Below, piece after piece: positions 1 through 12,859 of a stretch of DNA of 64,000 nt (positions are counted from its first letter, which is position 1; each line of letters starts with the position of its first letter). A model generated the notes under the pieces. That model was not told the origin of the DNA, ran no database searches, and saw only the letters and a program-made list of their open reading frames with translations. The stretch comes from Octopus sinensis (lineage: Eukaryota): contig NW_021832611.1 in NCBI RefSeq assembly GCF_006345805.1, positions 124,001 to 188,000 on the forward strand, read 5' to 3'. The translations under genes were made by a program, and so were the position numbers.

Positions 1-341
1 ATGATTCTATTTCATCTGGATTTTCTGTTCTTAGTGGGGAAATCATTTCACTTTATTGAATTTTTTGTAAATATTTACCCTTTATTGTGAAATAAAAATT
101 TAAATAATTTTGAGCTGCAGAAAAATTCTTTTTTATTTTTTGTTTGTAAGTAAATTAAACCAGGCATTCTCAACCTTTTTTTGTTCATCGCCCCCTTTGA
201 AAATTTATCTTCCCCTTTAAAATACAATCTAAAAATTTTTGTGCATTGTACCTTAATTGGTTGTTTTTTTTGTATATAACTAAAAAATCAAAATATAAAA
301 CAATAAATAAAATGTAAAAATTTAATTTTTACTACAAATTA

Positions 342-1770
342 TTAGTGAGACCCTTGATATTGATGTTTACTCGCTAAATATTCAATGTCGGGTTTAATTC
401 TGCTCAACTTTAGGCGTATATCCCCTCTATAACACACTTCCAGTCTATTTCTTTCACATTGTGTGTTACGATTTACAAAACTATATCCATTTTCAACTAA
501 ATAAGTCGTAGGAAATGTCAATAGTAAATTTCTGATTTCCTTCCATAAATTTGGAAATTTCATTTGTACATCTTTTGATTGCCAAAATTTAGAGATACCA
601 TCCTGTTGACATCTGTAAATATATTCTTCATTATATTTCAATTCAATTATCTCTTCTTGGATTGTTTCGTTTATATCTTCTGGCACACATGAAAAAGGAT
701 CAATCATCCATCCTTTAAATTTCAAAACAAACAAATCTTTGAATCTAGAGATATATCCACTTCTAAGTCCGTCAAATATTGTCATTATGTCATAATATTG
801 TTTTGGCTGAAATATTTACTTATCGCAGATAGTTGTGAAATGTTTCCAAAAATTTCCAATGATTCGGCAAACAATAAATCCTCATTTAATACACATTCAT
901 TATCGAAAGACCTAAATTTTATTAAAAATTCGAAAATAACCTCACAAACCCCATTAAAACAGTTTTTAATAATTTTAGAAGCATCTTGATGCATTACATC
1001 CGATATTATTACTTCCAGTGATGGAATTATTACATTTTCTGCGATAGTATGGAAGTTTTCGCAATAATTTCAACAATTTTATAGGAAGCGATCTGCGCAC
1101 CCACAATAATAATAATAATAGAGGCACGTCCGCAAGATCGCAACTTAATGTGAAATCTCGCACTGGCCAGCCACATAAGATCAAGATAGAAAGAGAGAAC
1201 ATGTTATTAGGAACTAACTAATCCAAACGAACGAATCCAAACGAGCTGTCCCCCCGCATCTATTTTTCTCTCGTGCTGTGGCTGATGTAGACATCCGGTT
1301 CCGCAGTGAAATCACTGATGACGGCGTCACTCGTCAATCCTGGGTGCATGTAATGCATGGAACCTTCAGCCGGAATGATAGCAGTGAGATTCGAACCCAG
1401 AGCTTCGCTAAACTGCCAAATTCTTCAAGCACTGCACCACCCGGCGCACCCACAACTACATATAAATAAATGTTAAATAACCATCATGTACTGGCTTTGT
1501 GAATAGCGATTTGATCGTTTTCTTATTTTCAAAATTGTATTTTAAAGTTTGAAAATATTCAATCGGCTTTGACATTTTATCCGGGTGCTTGCGTTTTAAA
1601 TGATCCTGTAATCGTGATGGCTTTATCGCTTTATTTGAGAAAGAAAACTGACAAATAAGACAATATGGCTGTTTTATATCTTCAGTACTTTGAATAAACC
1701 CATATTTTAAATATTCGTTTTGATAATGACGACTTTTCTTATTTGAGCGAGAAGACATCTTAGATATCAA
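342..1770 (-). pseudogene. Buster/ZBED5-like hAT transposase, internally deleted and SINE-interrupted
   Basis: N-terminal BED finger (YLKYGF...PYCLICQ...KPSRLQDHLKRKHP) and C-terminal dimerisation domain (FPTTYLVENGYS...RGDIRLKLSRIKPDI). The DDE core is missing. A 26-nt GT-AG intron lies at 1456-1481. Confidence 0.85.
1107..1443 (-). mobile_element. tRNA-derived SINE
   Basis: 12-bp TSD GCGCACCCACAA (1095-1106 and 1444-1455). The minus-strand head has an A-box-like TGGTGCAGTGC and a B-box GGTTCGAATCT. The 3' tail is (ATT)n. Confidence 0.78.
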
Positions 1771-1799
1771 ATAAGAATGTAAAAACAGCGTTCTATTTT

Positions 1800-2763
1800 A
1801 AATATAAAATTTAAAGATAAACACTATAGAACAATTTGGAATATTTGATGACGGAATCAGTAGAAGAGAACGTTTTAGATTACGTAGGATTGCTAATCGA
1901 ATACTTATTGAGGAAAATATAGCCTACATATACCAAAAGAATAAAAAAGTCAGATTATTCTGCATAGAAGAACAAGAGTTAAAGCTAAAATATATAGAAG
2001 TATCAATTTATTTAATTATGATTAGTGTGAGCACAATTATGTACATTTTGGAAGAGATAAAATGTTTTCTATGCTTAAGGGAAAGATATATGGTGCAACT
2101 CGGGAAGAGATTAGCAAAATAATTGAAAAATGTGCTTATTGTCAGGTATTTAGTTAAATTATTCGATTTCAGTCCAAAAAATTGCTAGCTACAAGGCCGG
2201 TTATCACTCCTATTATTGCAAGAGGCCCGAGAGATAGATACATTGCTAATTAGATTGATGTTAAAAAGATATTCAGAAATAAATAACAGCTTTAAATGGG
2301 TATTTATTACGATTTATCCAGATTCTCGTTTTAATTGACTCTTTTTCAAAATATGGGGTTATAGAACTTGCGAGAACCAAATGCGCCACAGAAATAGTGC
2401 CTATTATTAAAAACATTTTTATGATAATTGGAGCTCCATTAATCTTGCAAACAGATAATAGAAAGGAGTTCAAAAACAATATGATGGAAGAAATCTGTAC
2501 AAAGTTTGGCACTAAGTACATATGTGGAAGACCACGTGCCCCATGGATACAAGGTCAGGTAGAAAGGTATATTTATTTTGTTAATTTTAAGATTTAACCA
2601 ATCTATAAAACGATGGATTTCTTTTACAACCGCTTCAAATGGAATGTTTGGAGAATATCATGAAATTATTAAAAGAATTGTCTACGAATATAATAATTCT
2701 AAACATGACACTACGAAGCATATTCCATTTAACATTTTTATGAAAGTGGGATATGAAAACTAA
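1800..2763 (+). pseudogene. Ginger/KRBA2-like DDE integrase (rve) with HHCC zinc domain, intron-containing
   Basis: After removing four 22-27-nt GT-AG introns it reads HNYVH...CAYC, GAPLILQTDNRKEF, GRPRAPWIQGQVERFNQSIK. There is one stop and one frameshift near the first catalytic D. The start is approximate. Confidence 0.78.
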
Positions 2764-3289
2764 ACTACTACTGGTAATGAAATTATTTATTTATTATTTA
2801 ATTATGAAATTATTCTACGATAAGAAGAAAATGAATACGACAAAGTAGAAAATATCCTCTGTATGACCAGATAGATACATCTGCATACAAAGTGATAAAA
2901 CAGGATGGAGGCACATTAGATTTAGAAAATGAAGAGGGGGAAATTATTGAAAAAGTACATTTTACTCGGCTAAGGAAATTAAAAAATAATTTTTAATATT
3001 TTAAAATTGTTTCGAAATAAAAAAAATTTAAGTTAATCGATAAAACGCTATGTCGGGTGAAAAATGCGTTATGTTTGTTTTTTGTGGGTGAATAATATGA
3101 ACTTTTATCCAAAAAAGACATAAAAAACACTAATATGGTATAATTGGAGTAAGGTATATCTATTTAGTTATTATTTATTTATTTTTATAAATTTTTGAAA
3201 AGTGACTCACGTCCGGCGTGGCTCATGTCTGGACTGTGACTTTTTATTAAATATATTATCGTCCCCTGTTGAGAACACCTGAATTAAAC

Positions 3290-4075
3290 AATATTTAAAT
3301 GAAAAGGGTCACAGGACTGAACTTCTCTCCGACGTCATTTCTCAGCGGGATTGGGACAAAATTTTTTGTCATCTTCAGCTTTTTTGGAACCGCTTCTCGA
3401 CCAACACAGACTGGCCTGTTTCCGTACCGCTTATCAGCCATACTCAGGCTCCTGACTTAATGTTCTTCCTTCTCCGCTTTTGGATACTGTCCTAGGGATT
3501 TACTTCGTTTGTATATCTGTATTCCTCCTGGACTTCTTGTTTGCAGACCTTACCCCTGCCGTTGTAGTGCTAGGTGGACGCCCTTGTGCTCCATTCTCTT
3601 TCTTGTAGAATGAATGCAGGCCGATTTCCTCGGCATAGTAAAATCAGCAAACTAATCCACAAATCCCTGGAAAGACTAGGTTTTTTCAGTTCTGGAACCG
3701 ACGAGCCTTGACCTTGAAGATGTAAAACGTCCCGTTGGCAGTACACTATTTGCTTTTGAATCTGGGAAACAGCTTGTTTAGAACGTCACCTGTGCTGACT
3801 TTTTGCCAAAGGAGCCTTGAATTCCACTGCTTGTCGATTCGATTTATCGGCTGAAAAGGCCGAATTTACGAAACTGTCAAAGTACGATGATTTGTGCAAA
3901 CGCTTTTGCTTTTGGGCCATTTCCGTTGAGACATCCTTGGTTTCGGGAGAAAGACTTTTGCTCATCTAAATAAATTTGGTCGTCCAGAGATCCCAGGGAA
4001 TTTATATTTTTTATTCAGAGAATCTCGCTGTCTGTTTTATGCGGGAATTCTCTCTCAATCCTGCGAGCCGGTACT
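3290..4075 (+). mobile_element. CRE-like RLE non-LTR retrotransposon, degenerate 3' fragment
   Basis: Broken frames give AGRFPRHS...LEPTSL...KRP...GKQLV.NVTCAD...KLSKYDDL...VET...RISLSVLCGN. Homologous to 45690-46510 and 60270-60650. Confidence 0.7.
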
Positions 4076-4160
4076 AAATAACTAGTTCACAACAATAACT
4101 ATAAGTGATTGGACTGGTATGATTTTTAAATAGAAATATACATTAAATCGGATTCAAATC

Positions 4161-4533
4161 TTACCTAAAAGAACTGAATAAACCAATTTTAATTATTATC
4201 GGCAACTGCCGTAGAAACATAATAGTTATATTTCCACACGTGCGGCACTTGAAACGATTGAAGGAAACTGATTCTATCGGAAACATTCCAGCACCGAAAT
4301 ATCCCACGTGTAAGCTTCCTGTGCACGGCAAACCCCTGTCCATAGTGCCTGTAGTCCCCATGTAACTCATCCAATCCAGTTTGTACTTTGGTCTCCTGCA
4401 GACATCCCACGGTCGTACCGTACTTCGCTAGATCCGAGCATAACAAGTTCCTTTTCCATTCCTTACTGATCCCTCTAACATTAAATGATGTAATTTTTAT
4501 CTCCTCCAAGCGTTTCAAGTACGTTTTAGACAT
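4161..4533 (-). mobile_element. RTE-type LINE 5' fragment (AP endonuclease N-terminus)
   Basis: ITSFNVRGIS...VGCLQETK APE motifs, frameshifted and truncated. Confidence 0.75.
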
Positions 4534-4785
4534 AGTGAAATCATTGGAATCACTGTAATAGTGTATGATTCTATATGTTAAAAGATTTCACATATCGATT
4601 TTTCCTAGATAAACAATTATTTAAATATTTATTTGTTCCTTTTATTGGAAATCAGCCTCATTTGACTACATAATCCACTCTTAATTGAGTTAAGTTAATT
4701 TTTTTACTTAGTTTTTCTGAGATTATAAACAATTTATGTTTCGAAAAAGGAGCTCTGAAATTCAAACAAAATAATGTCAAAATCA

Positions 4786-7700
4786 TTTTTTTTTTTTTTT
4801 TTTTTAAATTGTCCACATTTTGAAATTTAATTAATTAACTAATTAACTTTCCTTTTCCATATTAGTTTGCTCCGCCAAGTTTACTCTCGGAATCCTCTTC
4901 CCGCTATCTGTTCCCACTTCGGAGTTGTTTCCTTCATCGCGGAAACTACAGAATCTCGCCGTCTCTTCACCGATTTCCGTCCTTCGTCAAATGAGTTACC
5001 TGAGGTAGACATATTTTCGAAGCCAAATTTGTGTTCTACTATCATGCTTTCCATTGTTTTTTCAACCAACAGTCTGGATGTATGCTTGCACACTTTCTTT
5101 GATTTTAAGAAGGTCCATATATTTTCTGAAGAATGTAGAGACTATCCCATCCCACGTGAGACAATCGGTACAATCTTTACCTTAGCCTTGTGAATTAATT
5201 GTATTCACTGGCTAGAATGTCGTATTTATGCATTTTTCCACTTCCACCGATTTCAATTATCTATCGAGGTAACACCCACTTCAATGATCCATATCAATTT
5301 TCCTTCTTGTCATACGGAATATATCAGGCTTGTTATATTGTATTTTTAGTTCAGTTGGAATTGTAGTATCGACCCGAATTTCGCAGAGCTATTCGACATT
5401 ATACACTGCACGGAGTGGTTTTTCAGTCTCTTGGACTTCTTCATTCCAAATCTCCGACACAAGTGCATGTGAACACACCTCACAATCTCGTTATGCCTTC
5501 TGGTATAATCTGAATTTAGCATTCTACTGCATCGCGTCGCAAGATGGTCCACGGTTTTAGGCGAGGATTTACAATGTGGGCATTTTTCATCAGTTTCTGA
5601 AAAAGACGTTCTGTCTTGAAGAAAAGAGAACATTGCCTCAGATTTAGGAGATATATTCCCTTTCTTTAGCCATGTTGAAGATGTTGGGATATCAAAAGTA
5701 TTATTCTCAAGCGACTCAAATAGCTTCGAATGCAACCTTTTCTTTTTAATACTAAGCAACAGTGACTCTATCTGCAAGTCACGTAGTGATTTAGCAATCT
5801 CATCGAGTGTGGTTGTTCCATATTTACAATGCAGGAATTCTGTGATTGTGGCCATATGGGTTTTCCTTTTCTGTTCGGCCCACAAAATTGCTGCTTTTCT
5901 CAAGGAGATTAACTTTCGCCTTTCCAAATTGGTTTTGAAGTCCAACAGCATTTTTTCCGCCTTAAAGGCAACTGATACAAGTCCCCTTCCAAGTGTATCT
6001 CTTGGCAGATACAGTCTTTCTTTACAGGCTGGCTTCATGTGAATTTTCAAATCAGCCAACAGCTTTCTGACAAACTTGTCCATTTCTTCGAAAGAAGATG
6101 GTTCCAGATCGAGTAGACCGATATAATAGTTAATCAGCGATAGAGCATGCTCATTAATTGCTCTAAATAGATTGACTGCATTTAGTTTAGTTTCCGATAG
6201 TCTTCCAATACGCTTTTGCATTTCTTCTTTAATATTTTTGAGTACATCCTCTTTAAGAACATTACTGCATCTGTCTTCTAGCACCCCCAGATAGCGATAG
6301 CTATCTAGTCCATCCATTAATGTAGCTTCATTCCTCAACAAATAACATTTGTCGCTGATTTCTCAAATTCTTCTCCAAACCAGCCAGTTTAAAGTAAATG
6401 TTCACATCCTCCATCATGCGTGCCAGTGTCTCTTCTTCCTTCTGAGCAAAAGCTTCAAATCATCGATGAATAGAAAATGATTGGTAGAAAAGGTTAAGGA
6501 CTTGTCTTCACCAGTATTGATTGACATACTCGGATATTTTAAAGATAAATCCTGCTTAATGGATCCAAGACCAATACAAATAACTGTGGTGACAGTGAGT
6601 CACCTTGGAGTATACCACGATCAATATTAACTGTTCCCAAGCAGCTCTTTTCCTAATCTTAACGACACTCTCCAGTTAGGAATTATTGACATCATAAATT
6701 TCGTTATCCATTTAGGTAGTCCTGAGTTTTCCAAAACTTCAAAAAGAAATTCGTGACTCACTGAGTCAAAACTTTCTTTACGTCGATCCATGCACATAAT
6801 AATTTGTTTCCATAAACTTCATTAACGCGTCTATTTAGAAGCGCTAATTCCTTTGCTCCTTGGCAATGCGTTTAGATCCCAACTGGAACTCCGTTATCAG
6901 ATCGTAAGTATCAGCATATACAGCGATTTTTTCGTTCACACATTTTGTGACCAATTTATATAAGCACGGCATGCATGTAATTGGTCTAAGGTCCTTCGGA
7001 TCAACAGAGTTTGCTTTCTTTGGGATTAAAAATGTAATTCCAGTGTAAAACCATCCTTGTGGTTGACTGACACCATTAATAATATTTCTGATCTCTTGGA
7101 AAAGAAATTTGTGAAGAGAGTCCAGCTTTTTGATAAAGAAATTGTACACAGCATCACATCCCGGAGCCTTCCAATTAGGAAGGTACTCAATTAAGTTTGA
7201 TATAAACTCGTCGCTAACGTCAGGTGCATTATCTTCCACTCCAGTTACTCTTTTGTTCACTCCAAGGCCCAAATCAGTTTTATCCCTTTTCTCCAAATCA
7301 CCACCCCAACACTTGAGACACTCAGACGAGTCAAAACCAGCAATTGTTTTGTTATCAGAATTGGGATTCAGCTTTCTGTAGAACGATCTTCTGTTCAACT
7401 CGAAGTTCTATTATCTATTCCATATTGCCTTCTTGAATCTGAAACTGATAACTTTTGTTTAGAATTTTGATTTGATCATTTATTGTAGACGATATTCTCT
7501 CAAACTCCCCCTTTTAGACTTCTTATAATTGTAGGAGCAGAGAATGTACTGCTTTCTTCCTTCCCGTTCCTCATCTTTAGTGGTGGACATAAAATGCTTT
7601 GATATTAACCGATCATTCTCCATCAAAGATTCAATTTTATTTTGGATTTTTTGTTTCCAATTCGACTTGAATGTCAATTTACTTGATATCTGTTGATATA

Positions 7701-8331
7701 CACATTGTGCTGAGTATATCAAAGACGAAATATCCTCAATACTTGCAGGAATGTTATTCGACGTGTATTCAATTAGGGCTTTATTAATCATTTCAATCAC
7801 TTCATGATTTACATGCTGAGATTGAATCTTTCTTGTTTGCTTCCTTTCTTCGATTGGTATTGATTTATTTTGATCAATTTGAATAATAATTCTTCAAAAT
7901 TTGTTGTACAGTGTCAAATCAGGTAATTTTCTATTCATATTATGTCCAGTTTTGGTGATTTCATTATTTCCGCGGAAAGTAGTAGCAAGTTTTTTCAATT
8001 CGAATATCGATTTTTCTTACCAATTTAGAATTAAAATAGCTGGCCATAAGTGGCCACCCTCCCCTAGGTACTCGCTTGAGACGATCTTTGACATAGTTCA
8101 AAAGAGATGACATCCACTCTCCTGGGTTGGACGAATCAATAGACTCACAAATAGCTTTTAAGGATAACAAAGTTGACGAGAGCTGCTGAGTTTCATTGTA
8201 TTTGACAGGCATTAAGACAGCCATGAACAGACAAATCCACATTTTCTTGAGCGTCATTACTTGGTATTCTGTGGATGCGTCCATGGAAATGACTTTTCCA
8301 GACTGAGAAAACCAACCATCCTTACACCACT
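4786..8331 (-). mobile_element. Full-length R4/NeSL-like RLE non-LTR retrotransposon with decayed ORF
   Basis: T20 at 4786-4805 (poly(A) tail on the minus strand). ~22-bp TSD AAACAAAATA(T)ATGTCAAAATCA at 4764-4785 and 8332-8354. RT motifs (RPITCMPCLYKL, QGDSLSP, LFIDD), CCHC knuckle (CPHCKSSPKTVDHLATRC) and an RLE region, spread over frameshifted ORFs. Confidence 0.88.
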
Positions 8332-9129
8332 AAACAAAATATATGTCAAAATCATAATAATTTATTTTTAAAACTGATTATGCAAGAAAATTAAAAAAAT
8401 CATTTTTTGAGGAAATCATACAAAATAATGCGTCCATACTAAATAAATATAACAAAAAACGTACATTATTACATGACATTGAAAAGCAAAATAAAATCTT
8501 TATACAATGGTCCATTAATCTGCGAAACAAGTATAGTAAATATATACCTAGAACTATAAAAGAGCTGTCGATAAGTGGATCGAGATATAATAAAACAAAC
8601 AAAAAATGAAACAATATAATGCCAATACAGTTTGACGCATTCCAATATGTTTTTCTAGAAATTTTATATTAAAAATATATTTTTTTTACTTGCTCGAGTG
8701 TATAAAATGGAAAATAACAAATCAATAACAACATGAAAAATAATGAAGATATAAAAAGTACTAATTTAAATACAATATTACTATACCACGAGAAATCAAT
8801 TCAACACGCCTAGAATGATCAAATTGTTCAACCATTCGTGCTTCAAAGGCTTGAAAATCTGCAGCAACAGAAGACCGGTTGGACATAACTAAAAATATTA
8901 TCAATTTATTTTAATAAATAATTTATAATAAATATAAAATAAAGTTAATTAATAATTTTTTATTATTCAAATACAAAAATATAGGAAAGGAAACAGATTT
9001 TTCTAAAGTTAAAAATATCTTTTTTAATTTTTTTTGTTTTTAGATATATTAATAATTATTTTAATTTGTGATAAATATAATTAATAATTATTTAATTAAA
9101 AGGAAGTTATAGTGCGATGTGTTCAAAAT

Positions 9130-9867
9130 ATGCTTAGTCTATTTTCTTGGGCACTTGATGCAATAAATAGAAAAAATGAACTGTTTATAATGATAATTGG
9201 ATTAGAATCATCTGGAAAAACAGTAATCAACACTATAATGATGTTGTCTAGTTATTTTCCACGAATTTAAAAAGGATATGTGATCATAAACCACCCATAA
9301 ATTCTTCGTCTTTCAACTACCACCCGACAACAGGAATCAACGGTAATAAAAATAAATATTCGTAGTGACTAATATCAACAACTCATACAAGAACATAATA
9401 CGACTTTTGGATTTAGGCGGGAATGTTTGTGTCCGTGAATTGTGGCTAAATGTTTGTATTTGTAACTTATTTACTAATTAGTATTACAAAGACATTGACG
9501 GACTCTTTTATGTTATTGATTTATCTCTTTCTTCTCAGATGATTACAAAGTCAGTTGAATTATTTGGTTTATTTTATTATTTATTGTAGTGAGTCGTGTA
9601 TATCCCAATATTTGTGATGAAAGTTGGAGGCAGCCTAAGCCGATTGTTATATTTTGCAATATGAATGAGTCTATGGACTGTTCTGATGCAGAAAATATAA
9701 TTGAACATTTAATTCTCAGTAAATTGGTTGAGTATGATGTGGTTGATATGCATTGTCGTATTGAGCTTGGATGTGCCTCCACTGGGTTTGTTGAGATTAA
9801 GGTTATATTTAGAAAAAATTTGAAAGATTCTCTTGATTTTATTGTTAAGAGTGTTCTAAAATCATAA
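9130..9867 (+). CDS. Divergent ARF-like small GTPase (ARFRP1/ARL13-like)
   Basis: Spliced with five 23-30-nt introns: MLSLFSWAL...IIGLESSGKT...PTTGIN...LLDLGGN...LWLNYYKDIDGLFYVID...IFCNMNE...CASTGKNLKDSLDFI. Confidence 0.8.
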
Positions 9868-10158
9868 TTTTTAAACAAATTATTTTTTGTTGATTTTGGA
9901 TTGGAATTTAAACTTTGTTGTGAACAAGAGTCGAAACGTTTGATGAAAGACGTGATCAGAAAAGTTGATATTTTAGGGCTTCTCTGATTTGATGGATTTT
10001 TGTATATTTAAAAAAAAACTTTTTTATTTAATCATATTAATCAATAACTAAGGTTGTTTATAAAATCGGATAGCAGTATTTATTTTCGCTATAAATAATC
10101 ATTAATTACTCGTATAAGATTTAATAAATTAATTTATATGTAGGCTGGTGGGTTTAAT

Positions 10159-11770
10159 ATGCTAGCTAAATTTTTAAAATGTCATTGCACTCCTTTAAAT
10201 GACTGCAATTTTAATTCCAACGTTTCTACTTGTCAAACTGCAGGGAAGGTATATGAAACCTAATTATTACTTTAGTGTTATTTAGAACATAACATCATTA
10301 AAGAAATTGTTTCAATAAAGCAAGGATGCCTTAGTGAAATTAGCAGTAAATTGGTTTGCAGAGAATTTTCACAAAGTAATATCAAATGCTGTGATGACGT
10401 CGATTTTTGTAATAAAATTCCAAACTTTTATGTTAAAGGTTTATTTATATAATAAAATAGAATCAGATTTATCAACAGATTCATTAAAAATTGTTATCCC
10501 ACTTCTTTCAGTCGTTATTTTTCTCTTATTTTTTATCATTTTTTTAATTCGAAAATTTAAAATCATGAAAAAAGTAATTAAATTGCAGAAATCGAAACAC
10601 TTAATCAATATTGATAAACAATTTGATAAAACAAAGTCTGTCTCTACTAAAGAGACAAGTTTATCTAAACAATTTAACACCAAAAGTCCAATTTCTAGTG
10701 GAATTTCAAATGTTGAGTTAAAACCCAGTAAATTCAGCAATGAAGTATCACTCATCGAAGAAATTGGTTTTATAGTAATATTTAACTACAAATTAGCACA
10801 AGGACTGCATTGCAATGTCTGGCTGGCCAGTCACAAGGGAAAATATGTTGCAATGAAATTATTTAAATCTCATCAGCAGCGATGGTGGCTCAGTGAACGA
10901 ACAGCCTATACATTCTGGTGGCTGCGACATCAAAATATTCTCAGTTTTATAACTTCAGACTTGATATTCCACCAATCGCAGTTATTTTATTTTATTGCAT
11001 GTCAATATCAATCACGAGGAAATTTGCAACAGTTTTTAAAATCAAATAAAATTGATTTTTATCAAATGTTTATTTTCATGCATACTTGTGCCGCAGGTAT
11101 GATCCATGAGCTGATACTTTAGGATTATGTTATATGCACGAGGACTTTACGTCTGTCAGAGGAAAGCCATCGATAGCCCACAGAGACATCAAAACTGCCA
11201 ATATATTAATAAAAGATAATGGTGAATGTTGCATCTCAGACTTGGGAATGGCCAGTGCTATTTTTGATCAAAATTTACTTACCATTCCTGAGCAAATGGG
11301 AACGCCTCGTTATATGGCACCAGAAGTTCTTTCATCTTCATGTCCATATAATCCATTATTTTCGGATTTATACAGTTTTTCTCTCTTATTATGGTCAATC
11401 ATTACCTCATGCATAACCGGTTTTTTTGATTTACAATTATTTGATTAGATATAGATCATGACTGTCTTATTCCCTACAGTCATTTAGGCATAAACAATCC
11501 TTCAGTTGAAATTATGACACATGTGGTTGTAAATGAAGGTCATAGACCAATTATAAACGAGAATTGGACCCAAGATACTGTTTATTTATAAATTTAGATA
11601 ATTTTTAGACAACTGCAAAACTCTTAAAATTAATTACTAAAATGTGGGATTCTGATATATTTGAAAGACCCTTCATGTTAAATGTAGTCGATACTCTTCG
11701 AGATATTGATGATGAATATAACTTGATATTCAAGCAGAAGGATATTTTGATGTCGTATAATGTGATGTAG
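10159..11770 (+). CDS. TGF-beta/activin/BMP receptor serine/threonine kinase (type I-like)
   Basis: Cys-rich ectodomain with cysteine box CCDDVDFCN, TM helix IVIPLLSVVIFLLFFIIFLI, kinase motifs VAMKLF, LRHQNIL, HRDIKTANIL, SDLGMA, GTPRYMAPE. Introns are 22-30 nt. The true start and signal peptide are uncertain. Confidence 0.9.
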
Positions 11771-12859
11771 GAACTTTGAAAAGTACAATCTATACTTATT
11801 TGAGAGTTATGTAAAATTGTTGCATTAATATTAAATTTTTGTTTGAATCTACTTTTTGATTATGATAGTTTGCTTATTTTGTTGAAAGAAACATAGGTTT
11901 ACAAAATTGAGATACTTTGCAAAATCGAGAATAAAAAATTTTAAATTATCTTTGCGAGATACTTTTGTCCGTTTTGTATTTTTATTTTAATTTAAACAAA
12001 CGAAAAATCTTACGATAAAAAAATCAATACAAGTTAGGACTATTTGAAAGAAGTAGGAAGAATTAATCAATCGACTTCTAATTAAGATACAGAAGAGCAT
12101 TATCGAAAAAATATCTATCTATTCATATTGATTGTTACTAAAAAATAGCTATTTTCAGAATTTGCGAATGGTGTGTAAGACTTTATTCTTAACGGGTTGT
12201 ATCTTTTGATTTAGGTATGCAAAACAGAAACAGGTAGTTCCACTCTGTGAGCGAGGTAAATTGTGCAGGTGTCTCTAAACTTTATTCACATTTCTCGGTG
12301 AAATTCCAAGTTTCAAATTCGTAGATTTGCGACAATATGATAATACTATTAAATACGAATGGATCTGAATCTAAATTAATCTGCCAGATTCACATAATGC
12401 AACAGTGAATTTCATTCTTCTTAGCTATTCGTTTGTAATTAAGCTTCTTTTATTGCCATAGAGGAGCCGAGTATAATAAATTTGGTTTGTAATCTTAAAA
12501 AGTAGGTTAGAAGGGAGTTTGAGACCGATATATTTAGATAGAAAATAAATAATTTTCGATTCTCTAGGAAATTTTTGATTTATATTAAAGTTTTTTTTGA
12601 TTATTTTTAAAAATCTGAGATCAAAACCCTTCAATGTGTCTAGGATAAAAAACTAAGGTATTTTAATAAAAAATAGCAATTACTGATGAACATTGGAGAA
12701 ACAGTCTTTCTAGATGCAGTTTCCCAAAAACCGAGGGGCATTTCAGCCTGACAAAAGTATCGAGTCTTACAAGATAAGCAATATTAAACCTTGAAATTTT
12801 GACTATAATTTAAAATGGAAAAATATTTTTTTGTTAATAAAGTTAATTCAAAATAAAAG

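Larger units (their letters stand above)
161..3281 (-). mobile_element. hAT (Buster-type) DNA transposon, non-autonomous, with nested or cargo sequences
   Basis: Imperfect TIRs CAGGCATTCTCAACC (161) and CAGGTGTTCTCAACA (reverse complement, ends 3281), 12/15 identical. Identical 8-bp TSD AATTAAAC at 153-160 and 3282-3289, with the central TA typical of Buster elements. Confidence 0.88.

Noticed and set aside
1107-1120. SINE mobilised by the local RTE family
   Set aside because: On the sense strands the SINE tail is (ATT)n and the RTE tails are (TAA)n, and the adjacent 3' sequences do not match.
5809-7381. Antisense ORFs here and at 10441, 27423, 33766, 36144, 45847 and 56001
   Set aside because: They are shadows of real genes or TE ORFs on the opposite strand and show no motifs.
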